Of a stretch of 64,000 nt of DNA, positions 1 to 9,113 are shown piece by piece (within the stretch, counting starts at the first letter, position 1; the number at the start of each line of letters is the position of its first letter). The translations under genes and the position numbers were made by a program. The notes beneath the pieces are model-generated. The model worked only from the letters and a program-made list of their open reading frames with translations. It did not search any database and was not told the DNA's origin. Source of the DNA: Oscillospiraceae bacterium (GTDB lineage Bacteria > Bacillota > Clostridia > TANB77 > CAG-508); the NCBI GenBank assembly GCA_009778695.1, contig WRFS01000002.1, positions 23,761-87,760 on the forward strand. Direction: 5' to 3'.

Positions 1-738
1 ATTAGCAGAATATACCGCAACTTTACTTCTTGACCCTGCATCTCTTGCAACGCTTTTTATTTCTATTATTCCCTCATAAATTTCTGGTATTTCAAATTCA
101 AGCAATTTTTTAACAAAGTCTGGATGCTTTCTTGAAACAATAGCTTGCGGAATTCCTTTATATCCTCTTTCAACTGATACAACATATACTTTTATTTTTT
201 GATTCACTGTATATTCTTCAGTTTGCATTTGTTCCTTTGTAGGCATTATTCCTTCTAGCCTTCCCAAATCTATAACTACTGCTGAATTATCTATTTTTTG
301 TATTATTCCAGTAACTATACTTCCCTTTTTATCATTATACTCTGAAAACACTAGGTTTCTTTCTGCTTCTTTTATTTTTTGTATTACAATTTGTTTAGCC
401 GTTTGTGCAGCAATTCTTCCAAATTCTTCCGGAATAATCTCTATGTACACTTCTTCGCCTAATTTATACTTTTTCTTTATTTTTTTAGCATCTTCCAATG
501 AAATTTCAAAATCTGGTTTTTCTACTTCTTTTACAACTGTCTTTATTATAAATAAATGCATTTCACCTGTTTCTTCTTCTATAGATACCTTTACATTAAC
601 ATCTGAATCTATGCTCTTTTTATACGCAGTTATCAATGCTGTTTCTAATGCTTCTATTAGATATGCTTTTTCTATACCTTTTTCTTTTTCTAATTCATCC
701 ATCGCTGCTATTAACTCTTTGTAATCTACTTTTTTCAT
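1..738 (-). CDS. nusA: Transcription termination/antitermination factor NusA, N-terminal ~246 codons (3' end lies beyond window start)
   Basis: Own translation from the ATG at 738..736: MKKVDYKELIAAMDELEKEKGIEKAYLIEALETALITAYKK...FGRIAAQTAKQIVIQKIKEAER...GIIQKIDNSAVVIDLGRLEGIMP...SVARDAGSRSKVAV. This matches the NusA NTD and S1 motifs. The frame is open to position 1. It is absent from the ORF track because no stop lies in the window. Confidence 0.85.
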   Translation of the reverse strand, partial: MKKVDYKELIAAMDELEKEKGIEKAYLIEALETALITAYKKSIDSDVNVKVSIEEETGEMHLFIIKTVVKEVEKPDFEISLEDAKKIKKKYKLGEEVYIEIIPEEFGRIAAQTAKQIVIQKIKEAERNLVFSEYNDKKGSIVTGIIQKIDNSAVVIDLGRLEGIMPTKEQMQTEEYTVNQKIKVYVVSVERGYKGIPQAIVSRKHPDFVKKLLEFEIPEIYEGIIEIKSVARDAGSRSKVAVYSAN

Positions 739-770
739 TTTTATTAATCATCCCTTTCATATAATCATAA

Positions 771-792
771 AGAGTGAGGGGTCCCTCACTCT
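771..792 (-). terminator. GC-rich hairpin just upstream of the nusA start (possible terminator or attenuator)
   Basis: AGAGTGAGG-GGTC-CCTCACTCT is a perfect 9-bp stem. On the minus strand it is followed by TTTATGATT. Confidence 0.3.
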
Positions 793-942
793 ATTGTCAT
801 ATCTATCTTGTTTGCACTTTCATGCACTTTTGTTATTATACTACAATTTTTTTAGCATTGTCAATAGTTTTTTTACAATTTTACTTACTTTTTTCTTGAC
901 AAATCTACTTTTTGCATTTATAATTATATTTGTATTTGAAAT

Positions 943-1019
943 GGCGAGATAGCTCAGTTGGCTAGAGCAAGCGGTTCATACCCGCTAGGTCGGTGGTTCG
1001 AGCCCACTTCTCGCTACCA
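943..1019 (+). tRNA. tRNA with CAU anticodon, most like elongator tRNA-Met (tRNA-Ile2/lysidine not excluded), CCA encoded
   Basis: Hand-folded cloverleaf. Acceptor GGCGAGA/TCTCGCT, D-arm GCTC-AGTTGGCTA-GAGC, anticodon arm AGCGG-TTCATAC-CCGCT, T-arm GGTGG-TTCGAGC-CCACT, then ACCA. Confidence 0.88.
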
Positions 1020-1091
1020 AATTTTGAAAAAAAGTTTGCTTTTATTGTAGCTATATATATCCTATTTATAAATTCAATATTTAAATATCTT

Positions 1092-2012
1092 TTATACATT
1101 TTCACATTCACAACTAGTTGTTTCAGTACAAACTTCAGATATTAATTGACCACAATTCATATTATCATTCTTACTTGAATAAAACATATAATTTGCAATT
1201 CCGTTATCAGTTAAAAGTTTACTAAATTGTTCCATATCAGAAATATCAGCAGGTTTTAAATTATATTTTTGAGATGATTTCGTTTCGTTAAGCTTTGATA
1301 TTCTAACTTTAATTTTATCTTTAATTAAAATTAGATTATTAATAAATTTAGACCACATTTCATTATTATCATTTACACCTTTTATCATAACATAGTTAAT
1401 TCTAAAATTAGATAGCATGCTATTTTTCATAAGTTCAGCAATATTGCTAAATGAATATATTCTATCTTCCATATATGGAATTAATTTCCTAATATCTTCT
1501 TTATCTGAAACAAAAGTAATTTGCACATTTCTTATTAAATCTTTATTTTTAAACTGTTCAAGTTCTTTTAATATCTCGGAATTTAATTTTATAGTCGAAA
1601 CATCAAAGCGTAGATTTTTATATTTTTTGGAAATATCATTAATAAAACTAATTACATTTTTTAATGTAAACGTTAGATCTCCAATCCCTGTTATAGCAAG
1701 TAAAACTTTTGCATTTTCTTCTATATTATTATCATTAAAAATATAATCTACAATTTCTATAAGTTCTTTTGATGTTATCAATTTAAAATCTTCTATAACT
1801 TCTGAAGCACAGAATTTACATTTCATGGGACAACCATAACTTGATGATAATTCTATTACTTTCTTTACCTCTTGATTATCTTTAAAATGTATAAAATAAC
1901 CTATTTCAATTACTTTATCATCTGATTTAAAAAGATATTTAAAGGTATGCTCTGTGTCCCAATTTTTAGTTTTATATTGATTTTTGGTTTCAAATTTTTC
2001 TATTAGTTCCAT
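1092..2012 (-). CDS. Radical SAM enzyme, RlmN/Cfr-like (short form)
   Basis: CxxxCxxC cluster in SSSYGCPMKCKFCAS. C-terminal NCGQL resembles the conserved (A)CGQL of RlmN/Cfr. Last gene of the operon. Confidence 0.6.
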   Translation of the reverse strand: MELIEKFETKNQYKTKNWDTEHTFKYLFKSDDKVIEIGYFIHFKDNQEVKKVIELSSSYGCPMKCKFCASEVIEDFKLITSKELIEIVDYIFNDNNIEENAKVLLAITGIGDLTFTLKNVISFINDISKKYKNLRFDVSTIKLNSEILKELEQFKNKDLIRNVQITFVSDKEDIRKLIPYMEDRIYSFSNIAELMKNSMLSNFRINYVMIKGVNDNNEMWSKFINNLILIKDKIKVRISKLNETKSSQKYNLKPADISDMEQFSKLLTDNGIANYMFYSSKNDNMNCGQLISEVCTETTSCECENV

Positions 2013-2022
2013 TTTTAACTCC

Positions 2023-2985
2023 TTATTCCGGGATACACATATTTAATCCGCCATTTTTGCTTTGTATTGCTTCTGGATAATATTCTTTTATTATTTCATC
2101 AACAATACAAACCTGTTTCATCATATTAACAGCATCCTCTTTGCCCGTTATCTGACCATGTTTTGTTAGCATAGAATTACCTGTTTTTAAGTACACTGGA
2201 GAAGCAATACGAATTATTTCAGGAACTTCATATGTTCTGATAAACCCTCCAGATTGAATAGGATTATCCACGTGCAAGTCGAGCGGAACATTTACAGAAG
2301 CTCTTAATGCTGCTATCATTGGAAGTGATAAGTCTCTTACTGGATTTATTGAATTTGCTCCTATTTTTTCTAAAAGTTTAAAACTTGCAGGATTACCATG
2401 ACCATTATGTGCTGAATTTTTAAATTTAATATTTGGGGGTAACTTATTCCCTTTACGCATTTCATTTAATACCCACAATAATCCTTCATCATAGATAATA
2501 AACCCTCTACAGCCAATATCAATTCCTCTTTTTATATCCTCTATTGCTCTGATTATCTGGTCTTGTCCACGCAATCTATATGCTATCATTTTACCTTGCT
2601 CACTTAATCTAGTAGCACTAACATCATAAATCGCCCTAGGTCCAACAGATAAATTTAATTCTGCTCCATAATTTTTACAAACTTTAACATATTCCATTAA
2701 CTCCTGTTTAGTATGCCTAAATGTTCCTAAGGTTTCATCAATTCTATTTACTGTTATATTTAATCTTGTAGCCTCTTCAAATATTGTTTTACATGTTTCA
2801 ATGCTATTAACAGTTGGTACCTCAATTCTGTACTGTGCATTGTCATCAAAGCTTTTATTTGATGTTGGTAGTTCATAGACATCTTTTGCAGGTAACCCTA
2901 TACTTTCAAGAAAACTACTTGTCTCATTTAATGATTCTTCTCCTTTTCTCATACCACTCATATAAATCCTCTCCTTTATATACAT
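2023..2985 (-). CDS. Conserved hypothetical protein (family not recognised); the real start may be an internal Met at 2961 or 2952
   Basis: 320-aa ORF in operon context that overlaps the upstream ATP-grasp gene. I could assign no diagnostic motif. Confidence 0.5.
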   Translation of the reverse strand: MYIKERIYMSGMRKGEESLNETSSFLESIGLPAKDVYELPTSNKSFDDNAQYRIEVPTVNSIETCKTIFEEATRLNITVNRIDETLGTFRHTKQELMEYVKVCKNYGAELNLSVGPRAIYDVSATRLSEQGKMIAYRLRGQDQIIRAIEDIKRGIDIGCRGFIIYDEGLLWVLNEMRKGNKLPPNIKFKNSAHNGHGNPASFKLLEKIGANSINPVRDLSLPMIAALRASVNVPLDLHVDNPIQSGGFIRTYEVPEIIRIASPVYLKTGNSMLTKHGQITGKEDAVNMMKQVCIVDEIIKEYYPEAIQSKNGGLNMCIPE

Positions 2986-4213
2986 TGAGAATTTGGTTAT
3001 TCCCCTTTGTATTTACTACATTTATTTTTTTGTTTATAAAATTTATATTATTAATTAATTTTTCTATATCTCCTAACATCAATATTCTAGCTAATATTTG
3101 ATCATACGAGCCAGCAATATTTACAGAATCACCCACGAAATGTTTTTGTTCTATATGAATTACCTCTTTTAGACTCTCAACATCCTTTAATCCCAATATG
3201 CTTTCTATATCACCTAGTTTTAAAGTAGGTATTAGTTCAACACATACATTTCCATTATAGTTAGCGTCTACTTTTTCTTTTAATGAACTATTGCTCATAA
3301 CTCCATTAATTGCGAAATTAATTAATAATTCCATGGGACTATAATTACAACAAGCTTCTACATACTTATATGCCATTGCACCTCCTAAGCGATATCCCAT
3401 TTCATGAAATAAGATTTCATCTGGAGTAACAAATGCTGACATAAATAAAGTTCCATTTTTCATTCCTAATTCTTTAAACATATTAATAACTAAATCATTT
3501 ACTTCTTCTTTATATCTTGTAATAAATGTTGACGGATATAGAAAAACACTAGGTAAAAAAATGTAAGAATCTTCAAATTTATTAACTCTTTTTTCCATAA
3601 TGGTTTCCAAAAGAATTTCTCCATTATTCAAATGATATTCTACATTTATACCTACTGCATCTATAAACTTTTCTACAATAAATGTTTCTCTTTTAGAAAA
3701 AGAAATAGCCTTTTTACATGCAACAATTAACTCATCTTTATTATAACATACAGAGATTCCTCTACTTGCACTATTATCCACTGGTTTAACTATTACTGGA
3801 TATTCTATATTTATTGAATCAATATTATTTAAAGATTTGTCTATTTTATATTGAGGTACAATTGGGACATTATATTTTTTACATGTTTCTTTAAACAAGT
3901 CCTTATTATTCGCAATTTTTATTTGTTCTTCTGTCGCATAGCAAGGTAAATTCAAGATATCACAAACTTTTTGATAATAAGGTAAAATAGAATCAATATA
4001 CCCTGTTATTATCCCATTAACCTTATGTTCTTTGGCTAATTTCACTAACCCATCTATATCATATGTACTTACCATATAATGCTCATCAGCAACTTTTTTT
4101 GCAGGGCTTTCCGGAAATTGATCAGTAACTATTACATATAATCCCATTTCATGAGCCTTATGCACTATATTACACGCCATTTGTGGGCCACCAATAATTA
4201 GTAGTTTTTTCAT
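2924..4213 (-). CDS. ATP-grasp domain carboxylate-amine ligase
   Basis: N-terminus MKKLLIIGGPQMACNIVHKAHEMGLYVIVTD, followed by an ATP-grasp-like core (KDLFKETCKKYNVPIVPQY...YPVIVKPVDNSASRGISV). Confidence 0.75.
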   Translation of the reverse strand: MKKLLIIGGPQMACNIVHKAHEMGLYVIVTDQFPESPAKKVADEHYMVSTYDIDGLVKLAKEHKVNGIITGYIDSILPYYQKVCDILNLPCYATEEQIKIANNKDLFKETCKKYNVPIVPQYKIDKSLNNIDSINIEYPVIVKPVDNSASRGISVCYNKDELIVACKKAISFSKRETFIVEKFIDAVGINVEYHLNNGEILLETIMEKRVNKFEDSYIFLPSVFLYPSTFITRYKEEVNDLVINMFKELGMKNGTLFMSAFVTPDEILFHEMGYRLGGAMAYKYVEACCNYSPMELLINFAINGVMSNSSLKEKVDANYNGNVCVELIPTLKLGDIESILGLKDVESLKEVIHIEQKHFVGDSVNIAGSYDQILARILMLGDIEKLINNINFINKKINVVNTKGNNQILNVYKGEDLYEWYEKRRRIIK

Positions 4214-4229
4214 AAATCCCCCATATTTT

Positions 4230-5603
4230 TTACTTATCTAATTTATTTACTAACTTTTTAAATATTTTCCCACGTTCTTCATAACTTTTAAACATATCCC
4301 AACTTGCACAAGCAGGAGAAAGTAATACTGAATCACCTTTAACAGCATTTTGTTCAGCTATACTCACTGCTTCTTCTATACTTTCTACAAAGACAATATT
4401 ATTAAATCCATACTTCTTAGCACAATCAGCAATTTTATCTTTTGTTTGTCCTAATAAAATTAATAATTTAACTTTATTCTTAAAATATTTAATCCATTCA
4501 TCATATTCCGAGCCTTTATCATATCCGCCACCAATTAAAATGGTAGGGTTTTTCATTGCTTTTATTCCTTGAATAGCTGCATCTGGATTAGTTGCTTTGG
4601 AATCGTTATAATATGTAACTCCATTTTTTGTGGCTGTATATTCAATACGATGTTCTACAGCAGTAAATTTACAAATTTCATTTTTAATAATTTCTAATGG
4701 AACACCCATGGAATATGTGATTGCTACAGCCGCCATAATATTTTCATAATTACATTGTCCTACTAAATTAAAATCAGAAGTTTTTCCTATTATTAACTTT
4801 TCATTATTTTTATTCCAAAAAATAGTTTCATCTTCTAAATATAAACCATCTGTCAATTCCGTTTTACTACTAAAGAAAATCACTTTTGGTTTAATATTAC
4901 TTTGACCAAAATTACGTAAAACAATATCCTCATAATTTAGCACTACAGTGTCATTAGAATTTTGGTTTTTTATAATTGATTCTTTTATTTTAATATAATT
5001 CTCCATTGTTTGATGCCTATCTAAATGGTCGGGAGTAATATTTAGAATTGCACTAACTGTTGGATGAAAGTTAATAATTGTTTCTAATTGAAAGCTACTA
5101 ACTTCAAGTGCCACAACTGAATTTTCATTCATATAAGAAGCTTCATCTGTATAAGGCATTCCTATATTCCCTACTATAAACGTATTTTCTTTTCCACAAT
5201 ACTTACTTAAAATCTGTCCTGTTAATGCTGTTGTTGTTGTTTTTCCATTGGTACCAGTTATGGCAGCAATTTTGCCATTGCCATATTTATAAGCTAACTC
5301 TATCTCACTCCAAATAGGAATATTGGCTTCTTTTAACGCCTTAACAAATACTTCTTCTAAACTTATTCCTGGACTAATGACACAAAAATCAATCTTATCA
5401 ATTACTTCTTTTGTTATTTCCCCTAAAAGCACCTCAAAATTATCTTTTCGGATATCATTCATATTAATCTTAGAAATGATGTCATTTTTATCTAAGTTAA
5501 TATTTTTATCATATACTATTACTTTCTTTCCTCTTTTAAGTAATAACTTCGAAGCTCCAATTCCACTAATTCCAGAACCTGCTACAAGCACATATTTATC
5601 CAT
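4230..5603 (-). CDS. murD: UDP-N-acetylmuramoyl-L-alanine--D-glutamate ligase (MurD family)
   Basis: N-terminal Rossmann motif VAGSGISGIGASKLLL, Mur ligase P-loop AITGTNGKTTTT, and C-terminal LLSPACASWDMFKSYEERGKIF typical of MurD. Confidence 0.8.
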   Translation of the reverse strand: MDKYVLVAGSGISGIGASKLLLKRGKKVIVYDKNINLDKNDIISKINMNDIRKDNFEVLLGEITKEVIDKIDFCVISPGISLEEVFVKALKEANIPIWSEIELAYKYGNGKIAAITGTNGKTTTTALTGQILSKYCGKENTFIVGNIGMPYTDEASYMNENSVVALEVSSFQLETIINFHPTVSAILNITPDHLDRHQTMENYIKIKESIIKNQNSNDTVVLNYEDIVLRNFGQSNIKPKVIFFSSKTELTDGLYLEDETIFWNKNNEKLIIGKTSDFNLVGQCNYENIMAAVAITYSMGVPLEIIKNEICKFTAVEHRIEYTATKNGVTYYNDSKATNPDAAIQGIKAMKNPTILIGGGYDKGSEYDEWIKYFKNKVKLLILLGQTKDKIADCAKKYGFNNIVFVESIEEAVSIAEQNAVKGDSVLLSPACASWDMFKSYEERGKIFKKLVNKLDK

Positions 5604-5617
5604 TTCTTAGCCTCCAA

Positions 5618-6769
5618 TTAATAACCAGTATCTAGTATCGAATTATAATTCTCATCTTTTACTGATTTAATATATTCTCTTATATTATTATAACGATTAT
5701 TTTCATTGTTGCATTGAAATATGTGATTACTTAAATATGTAGATGAATTATTTATATCATCCATAATCTTTTGAATGCAATATGATTGTTCCAAATGGTG
5801 TAATTCATCAATAATAATATTTTGTTCTAATTCTTTTTCAACATTTCTTAAGAACTTTATTATTTTATTAATGCACACAGTTTCATTATCATCAGAATTC
5901 GATGTAGTATAACTTAATACTTCTTCTCGTTCGCCATTAGATTTTATTTTACATATAATATATCCGTCAATATCCCATCTAGGAGAATCGAAATACATGT
6001 GTATTATATATTTAACATCTATACTTTTATCATTAGGTTGAAGATAAAAAGATATTTCTCTTTTCCTGTTACTCCAAAGAAAAGAACTACTGCCTGATAT
6101 AATAATTTCATTCTTAACCAACATGGCAATATCTATTGTATCTAGAATGTCAGAACCAGAAACAGAATAATCACTTTTAATATAGTTCCCTTGAACAATA
6201 TTAATTTCATCATTATTATATGTATTTAAAAGGTAAAAACATAAGTCCAATGGATGTACTATTTCAGAACTCGCTCCTATTGTTGGGCGAGAATCATATA
6301 ATCGACATTTTCCCCAAAGGAAATGCATTCGTATTATATCTAAATTGTTTGACTGTATATAATTTTTTACCATTTCTATAATTTGACTATTTCTTTCAAC
6401 ATAATTAACTATAATCTCAGAGTTTTCAAATATAGAAGAAATTTCAGTTAATTCAGTAGAATTAGATACAAGTGGTTTTTCAACAATGTATTTTTTGCAA
6501 TGTTTTAAATTTTTCTTTAAATTCATTAAAATTTCATAATGAGCTTCCTCATTAGCTGAAACAATAACCATATCATAATTATCTTTTTCCATAAATTCTG
6601 ATAATGAATTATATGTTTTTACATCATCCTTTAATAAATCATAATTATCTTGATTTCTGTCATAAACTCCTACTAAAGAAAATGAATAATCACGTTTGTG
6701 TAAATAATTTAATGCCCTTATGAATCTAATTCCAGACATTCCTAATCCAATTAATCCAACATTGTACAT
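5618..6769 (-). CDS. Gfo/Idh/MocA-family NAD(P)-dependent oxidoreductase
   Basis: N-terminal VGLIGLGMSGIRF dinucleotide-binding motif and an EKP motif (IVEKPL). Confidence 0.6.
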   Translation of the reverse strand: MYNVGLIGLGMSGIRFIRALNYLHKRDYSFSLVGVYDRNQDNYDLLKDDVKTYNSLSEFMEKDNYDMVIVSANEEAHYEILMNLKKNLKHCKKYIVEKPLVSNSTELTEISSIFENSEIIVNYVERNSQIIEMVKNYIQSNNLDIIRMHFLWGKCRLYDSRPTIGASSEIVHPLDLCFYLLNTYNNDEINIVQGNYIKSDYSVSGSDILDTIDIAMLVKNEIIISGSSSFLWSNRKREISFYLQPNDKSIDVKYIIHMYFDSPRWDIDGYIICKIKSNGEREEVLSYTTSNSDDNETVCINKIIKFLRNVEKELEQNIIIDELHHLEQSYCIQKIMDDINNSSTYLSNHIFQCNNENNRYNNIREYIKSVKDENYNSILDTGY

Positions 6770-6790
6770 ATATTTCTCTTTTACTTCCTT

Positions 6791-7834
6791 TTAATTTTCT
6801 AAATAACCTATTAATAAATCAAATGTGTTTTTTATTCCTTCATAATGAGTACGTTCATAACTATGTGTACCTACAACTCCTGGACCAATTAATGCATGTT
6901 TCAAATCATATCCTGCTAAAAGTGCAATATCCGCATCTGTTCCATAAGTTGGTATAAAAATATCTCTTCTATAATTGATATTTTTTCTTTCAGCAACATT
7001 AATTAATTGCTTTATCATATCACGATTGTAAGGAAATCGTGAATCTGCCATACATATTGAAACAGCATGTTCATTGGAATTTTGGTTTTCACATACACAA
7101 CTTACGTCTAAGCTCAATATTTCAGCCGCATCATCTGGAATCCCGCATGCACCACCATGCATTACTTCCTCATGCATAGAAATATGAATATATACTTTTC
7201 TTTCAATTTTATCTTTTAATTGCTCATAATAATATTTCATCAATGTAATCACTAATGCAATATTAACTTTATTATCAAGAAAATAACTTTTAATATGTCC
7301 ACTATTAGTAACTTGGAATTTATTGTCTATGTTAATAATATCTCCACATCCAATACCAAGATTAATCACATCTTGATAACAATTCACATCTTCATCTAAT
7401 TGTAAACACAAATTTCCAGTATAAGAAGCTGCTTCATTTCTTAATTCCAATGGAGTAACATGTATACATGACCATTTACGTCTAATTGTACCTGTATAAA
7501 CTTTGTTTTTATAAGTTTTAATTTTAATATTGGCATTTTCTACTGCATATTCTGGTAATCTTCCAATATTAGTAATTTGTATTGTACCATCATTATTAAT
7601 GTTTTTTACCATTAATCCCAATGTATCTGCATGAGCATTTATTACAATCGGATTAGATTCTCCACCGAGTTCAACTAAACATCCACCTTTATTAAAACTA
7701 ATAAATTTATAATTGTACTTGCTTACTTCTTCTCTTATGTATTCTTGTATTTTTTCATAATCTCCAGAAATACTCGGAATATTTAATACTTTTTCTAATT
7801 GTTCTAAAAAATAATCATAATAAACTGAATTCAT
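6791..7834 (-). CDS. M42 family metallopeptidase (glutamyl aminopeptidase/FrvX-like)
   Basis: The length and motifs (IVINAHADTLGLMV, HEEVMHGGA, GTDA) are typical of peptidase family M42. Confidence 0.75.
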   Translation of the reverse strand: MNSVYYDYFLEQLEKVLNIPSISGDYEKIQEYIREEVSKYNYKFISFNKGGCLVELGGESNPIVINAHADTLGLMVKNINNDGTIQITNIGRLPEYAVENANIKIKTYKNKVYTGTIRRKWSCIHVTPLELRNEAASYTGNLCLQLDEDVNCYQDVINLGIGCGDIINIDNKFQVTNSGHIKSYFLDNKVNIALVITLMKYYYEQLKDKIERKVYIHISMHEEVMHGGACGIPDDAAEILSLDVSCVCENQNSNEHAVSICMADSRFPYNRDMIKQLINVAERKNINYRRDIFIPTYGTDADIALLAGYDLKHALIGPGVVGTHSYERTHYEGIKNTFDLLIGYLEN

Positions 7835-8627
7835 TTTCTTCTCCTATATATTCATTAAATTTTTCTAATAATTGATTTTTCTTATACGTTAGATATTTAC
7901 AATATTCCTCGAAAATCTTTAAATCTTCTTCTGCCTTTGGGACTTGATACTTCCATTTATATTTACATGCATCAAAAATTTCAAACATATACATTCCATC
8001 ATCATATCTATCTTTATAATTGTTAATGGCATGATCTTTACTAGCTGAATAAATAGAAAAATCTTTAGCAATAAATGTAGCAGCCATCATAGTGCAAACC
8101 ACAACTGCTTGTTTTGTACAAGGTTTTCCATCACGAAGTGTAATATATAACTTAATATCATTTTTTATCTCTAAATATTTATCCTGATAATTAGTTAAAT
8201 TTGTTTCCTTTAATTCTTTTATCTCATTAAGAGTATTCATTAATGTATTTTTAATATAGTCTTTCACATTAGGAAGTTCAAATTTTTGTAATATATCCTC
8301 ACCACAAATAAAGTAATTAGTTATTTTACAATTCCAAATATTTCTAATATCATCTGAATTTTGATTTTTAAATATATATTGTTTTGAAAAATAACAAACA
8401 TGTATTTCTAAATCATATTTGTTGGTCATCTTCTCAATATTCCTTTTTTGTTTTTCAAAATTATCTCCATCGAAAATTATAGTAATATCTAAATCACTAA
8501 CTTTATCTACATAAGTGCCATACGCATAACTTCCTATTAAATAACAAGCTACAAAATTATCTGTATTTTCTAACATTTTTTTAAAATCACTAAAAAACTG
8601 TTCGACTTTCTCATCTTTTTTGCTCAT
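7815..8627 (-). CDS. Nucleotidyltransferase-domain protein
   Basis: Pol-beta-type NTase signature YLIGSYAYGTYVDKVSDLDITIIF. First gene of the operon; overlaps the next gene by 20 nt. Confidence 0.6.
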   Translation of the reverse strand: MSKKDEKVEQFFSDFKKMLENTDNFVACYLIGSYAYGTYVDKVSDLDITIIFDGDNFEKQKRNIEKMTNKYDLEIHVCYFSKQYIFKNQNSDDIRNIWNCKITNYFICGEDILQKFELPNVKDYIKNTLMNTLNEIKELKETNLTNYQDKYLEIKNDIKLYITLRDGKPCTKQAVVVCTMMAATFIAKDFSIYSASKDHAINNYKDRYDDGMYMFEIFDACKYKWKYQVPKAEEDLKIFEEYCKYLTYKKNQLLEKFNEYIGEENEFSLL

Positions 8628-8757
8628 AACTTATTCTCTCCTTAGCGACTATAAGTTTAAATAAACCCAAAAACTCGCTACCTTTAAAATTTTATCATTT
8701 TTATATGGTATATGTCAATATTTTGTATTATTTTACATATTTTTTTATTTGCTAGCC

Positions 8758-8810
8758 ACAAAAGTGTGCCCCCAATGTTATACAAAAAATTAACATTTGG
8801 AACACACTTC
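8758..8810 (-). terminator. Hairpin downstream of the cotJC 3' segment
   Basis: AAGTGTG..CCAAATGTTA / TAACATTGGG..CACACTT inverted repeat, followed by TTTTG on the minus strand. Confidence 0.45.
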
Positions 8811-8892
8811 ATTTTTTCATAATTTGTTTATTAATTTGGTTTTATTTACAAATCCATACTATCTCCCAGAATAATTATTATTAAAGAATTTC

Positions 8893-9087
8893 TTACACGA
8901 ACATTTTATTATCCTTCAAATAACATTTTCTTTCTGCCAATCTTTCTTGTACTCCTCTTAGTGCTTCACCAAATCTTTGAAAATGCACTACTTCTCTTGC
9001 TCTTAAAAATCTTAGCGGATCTACTACGTCTGGATTGTCACAAGCCAAATCTATTAGCTTTTCGTATGTAGCCCTCGCTTTTTGCTC
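8893..9087 (-). pseudogene. cotJC: cotJC (manganese catalase-family spore coat protein) 3' segment, separated from its 5' segment by element A
   Basis: The translation EQKARATYEKLIDLACDNPDVVDPLRFLRAREVVHFQRFGEALRGVQERL matches the CotJC C-terminus. The leading MEFLICRSNISVP of the tracked ORF is element-derived. Confidence 0.85.
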
Positions 9088-9113
9088 TGGTACGCTAATA
9101 TTTGAACGACAAA

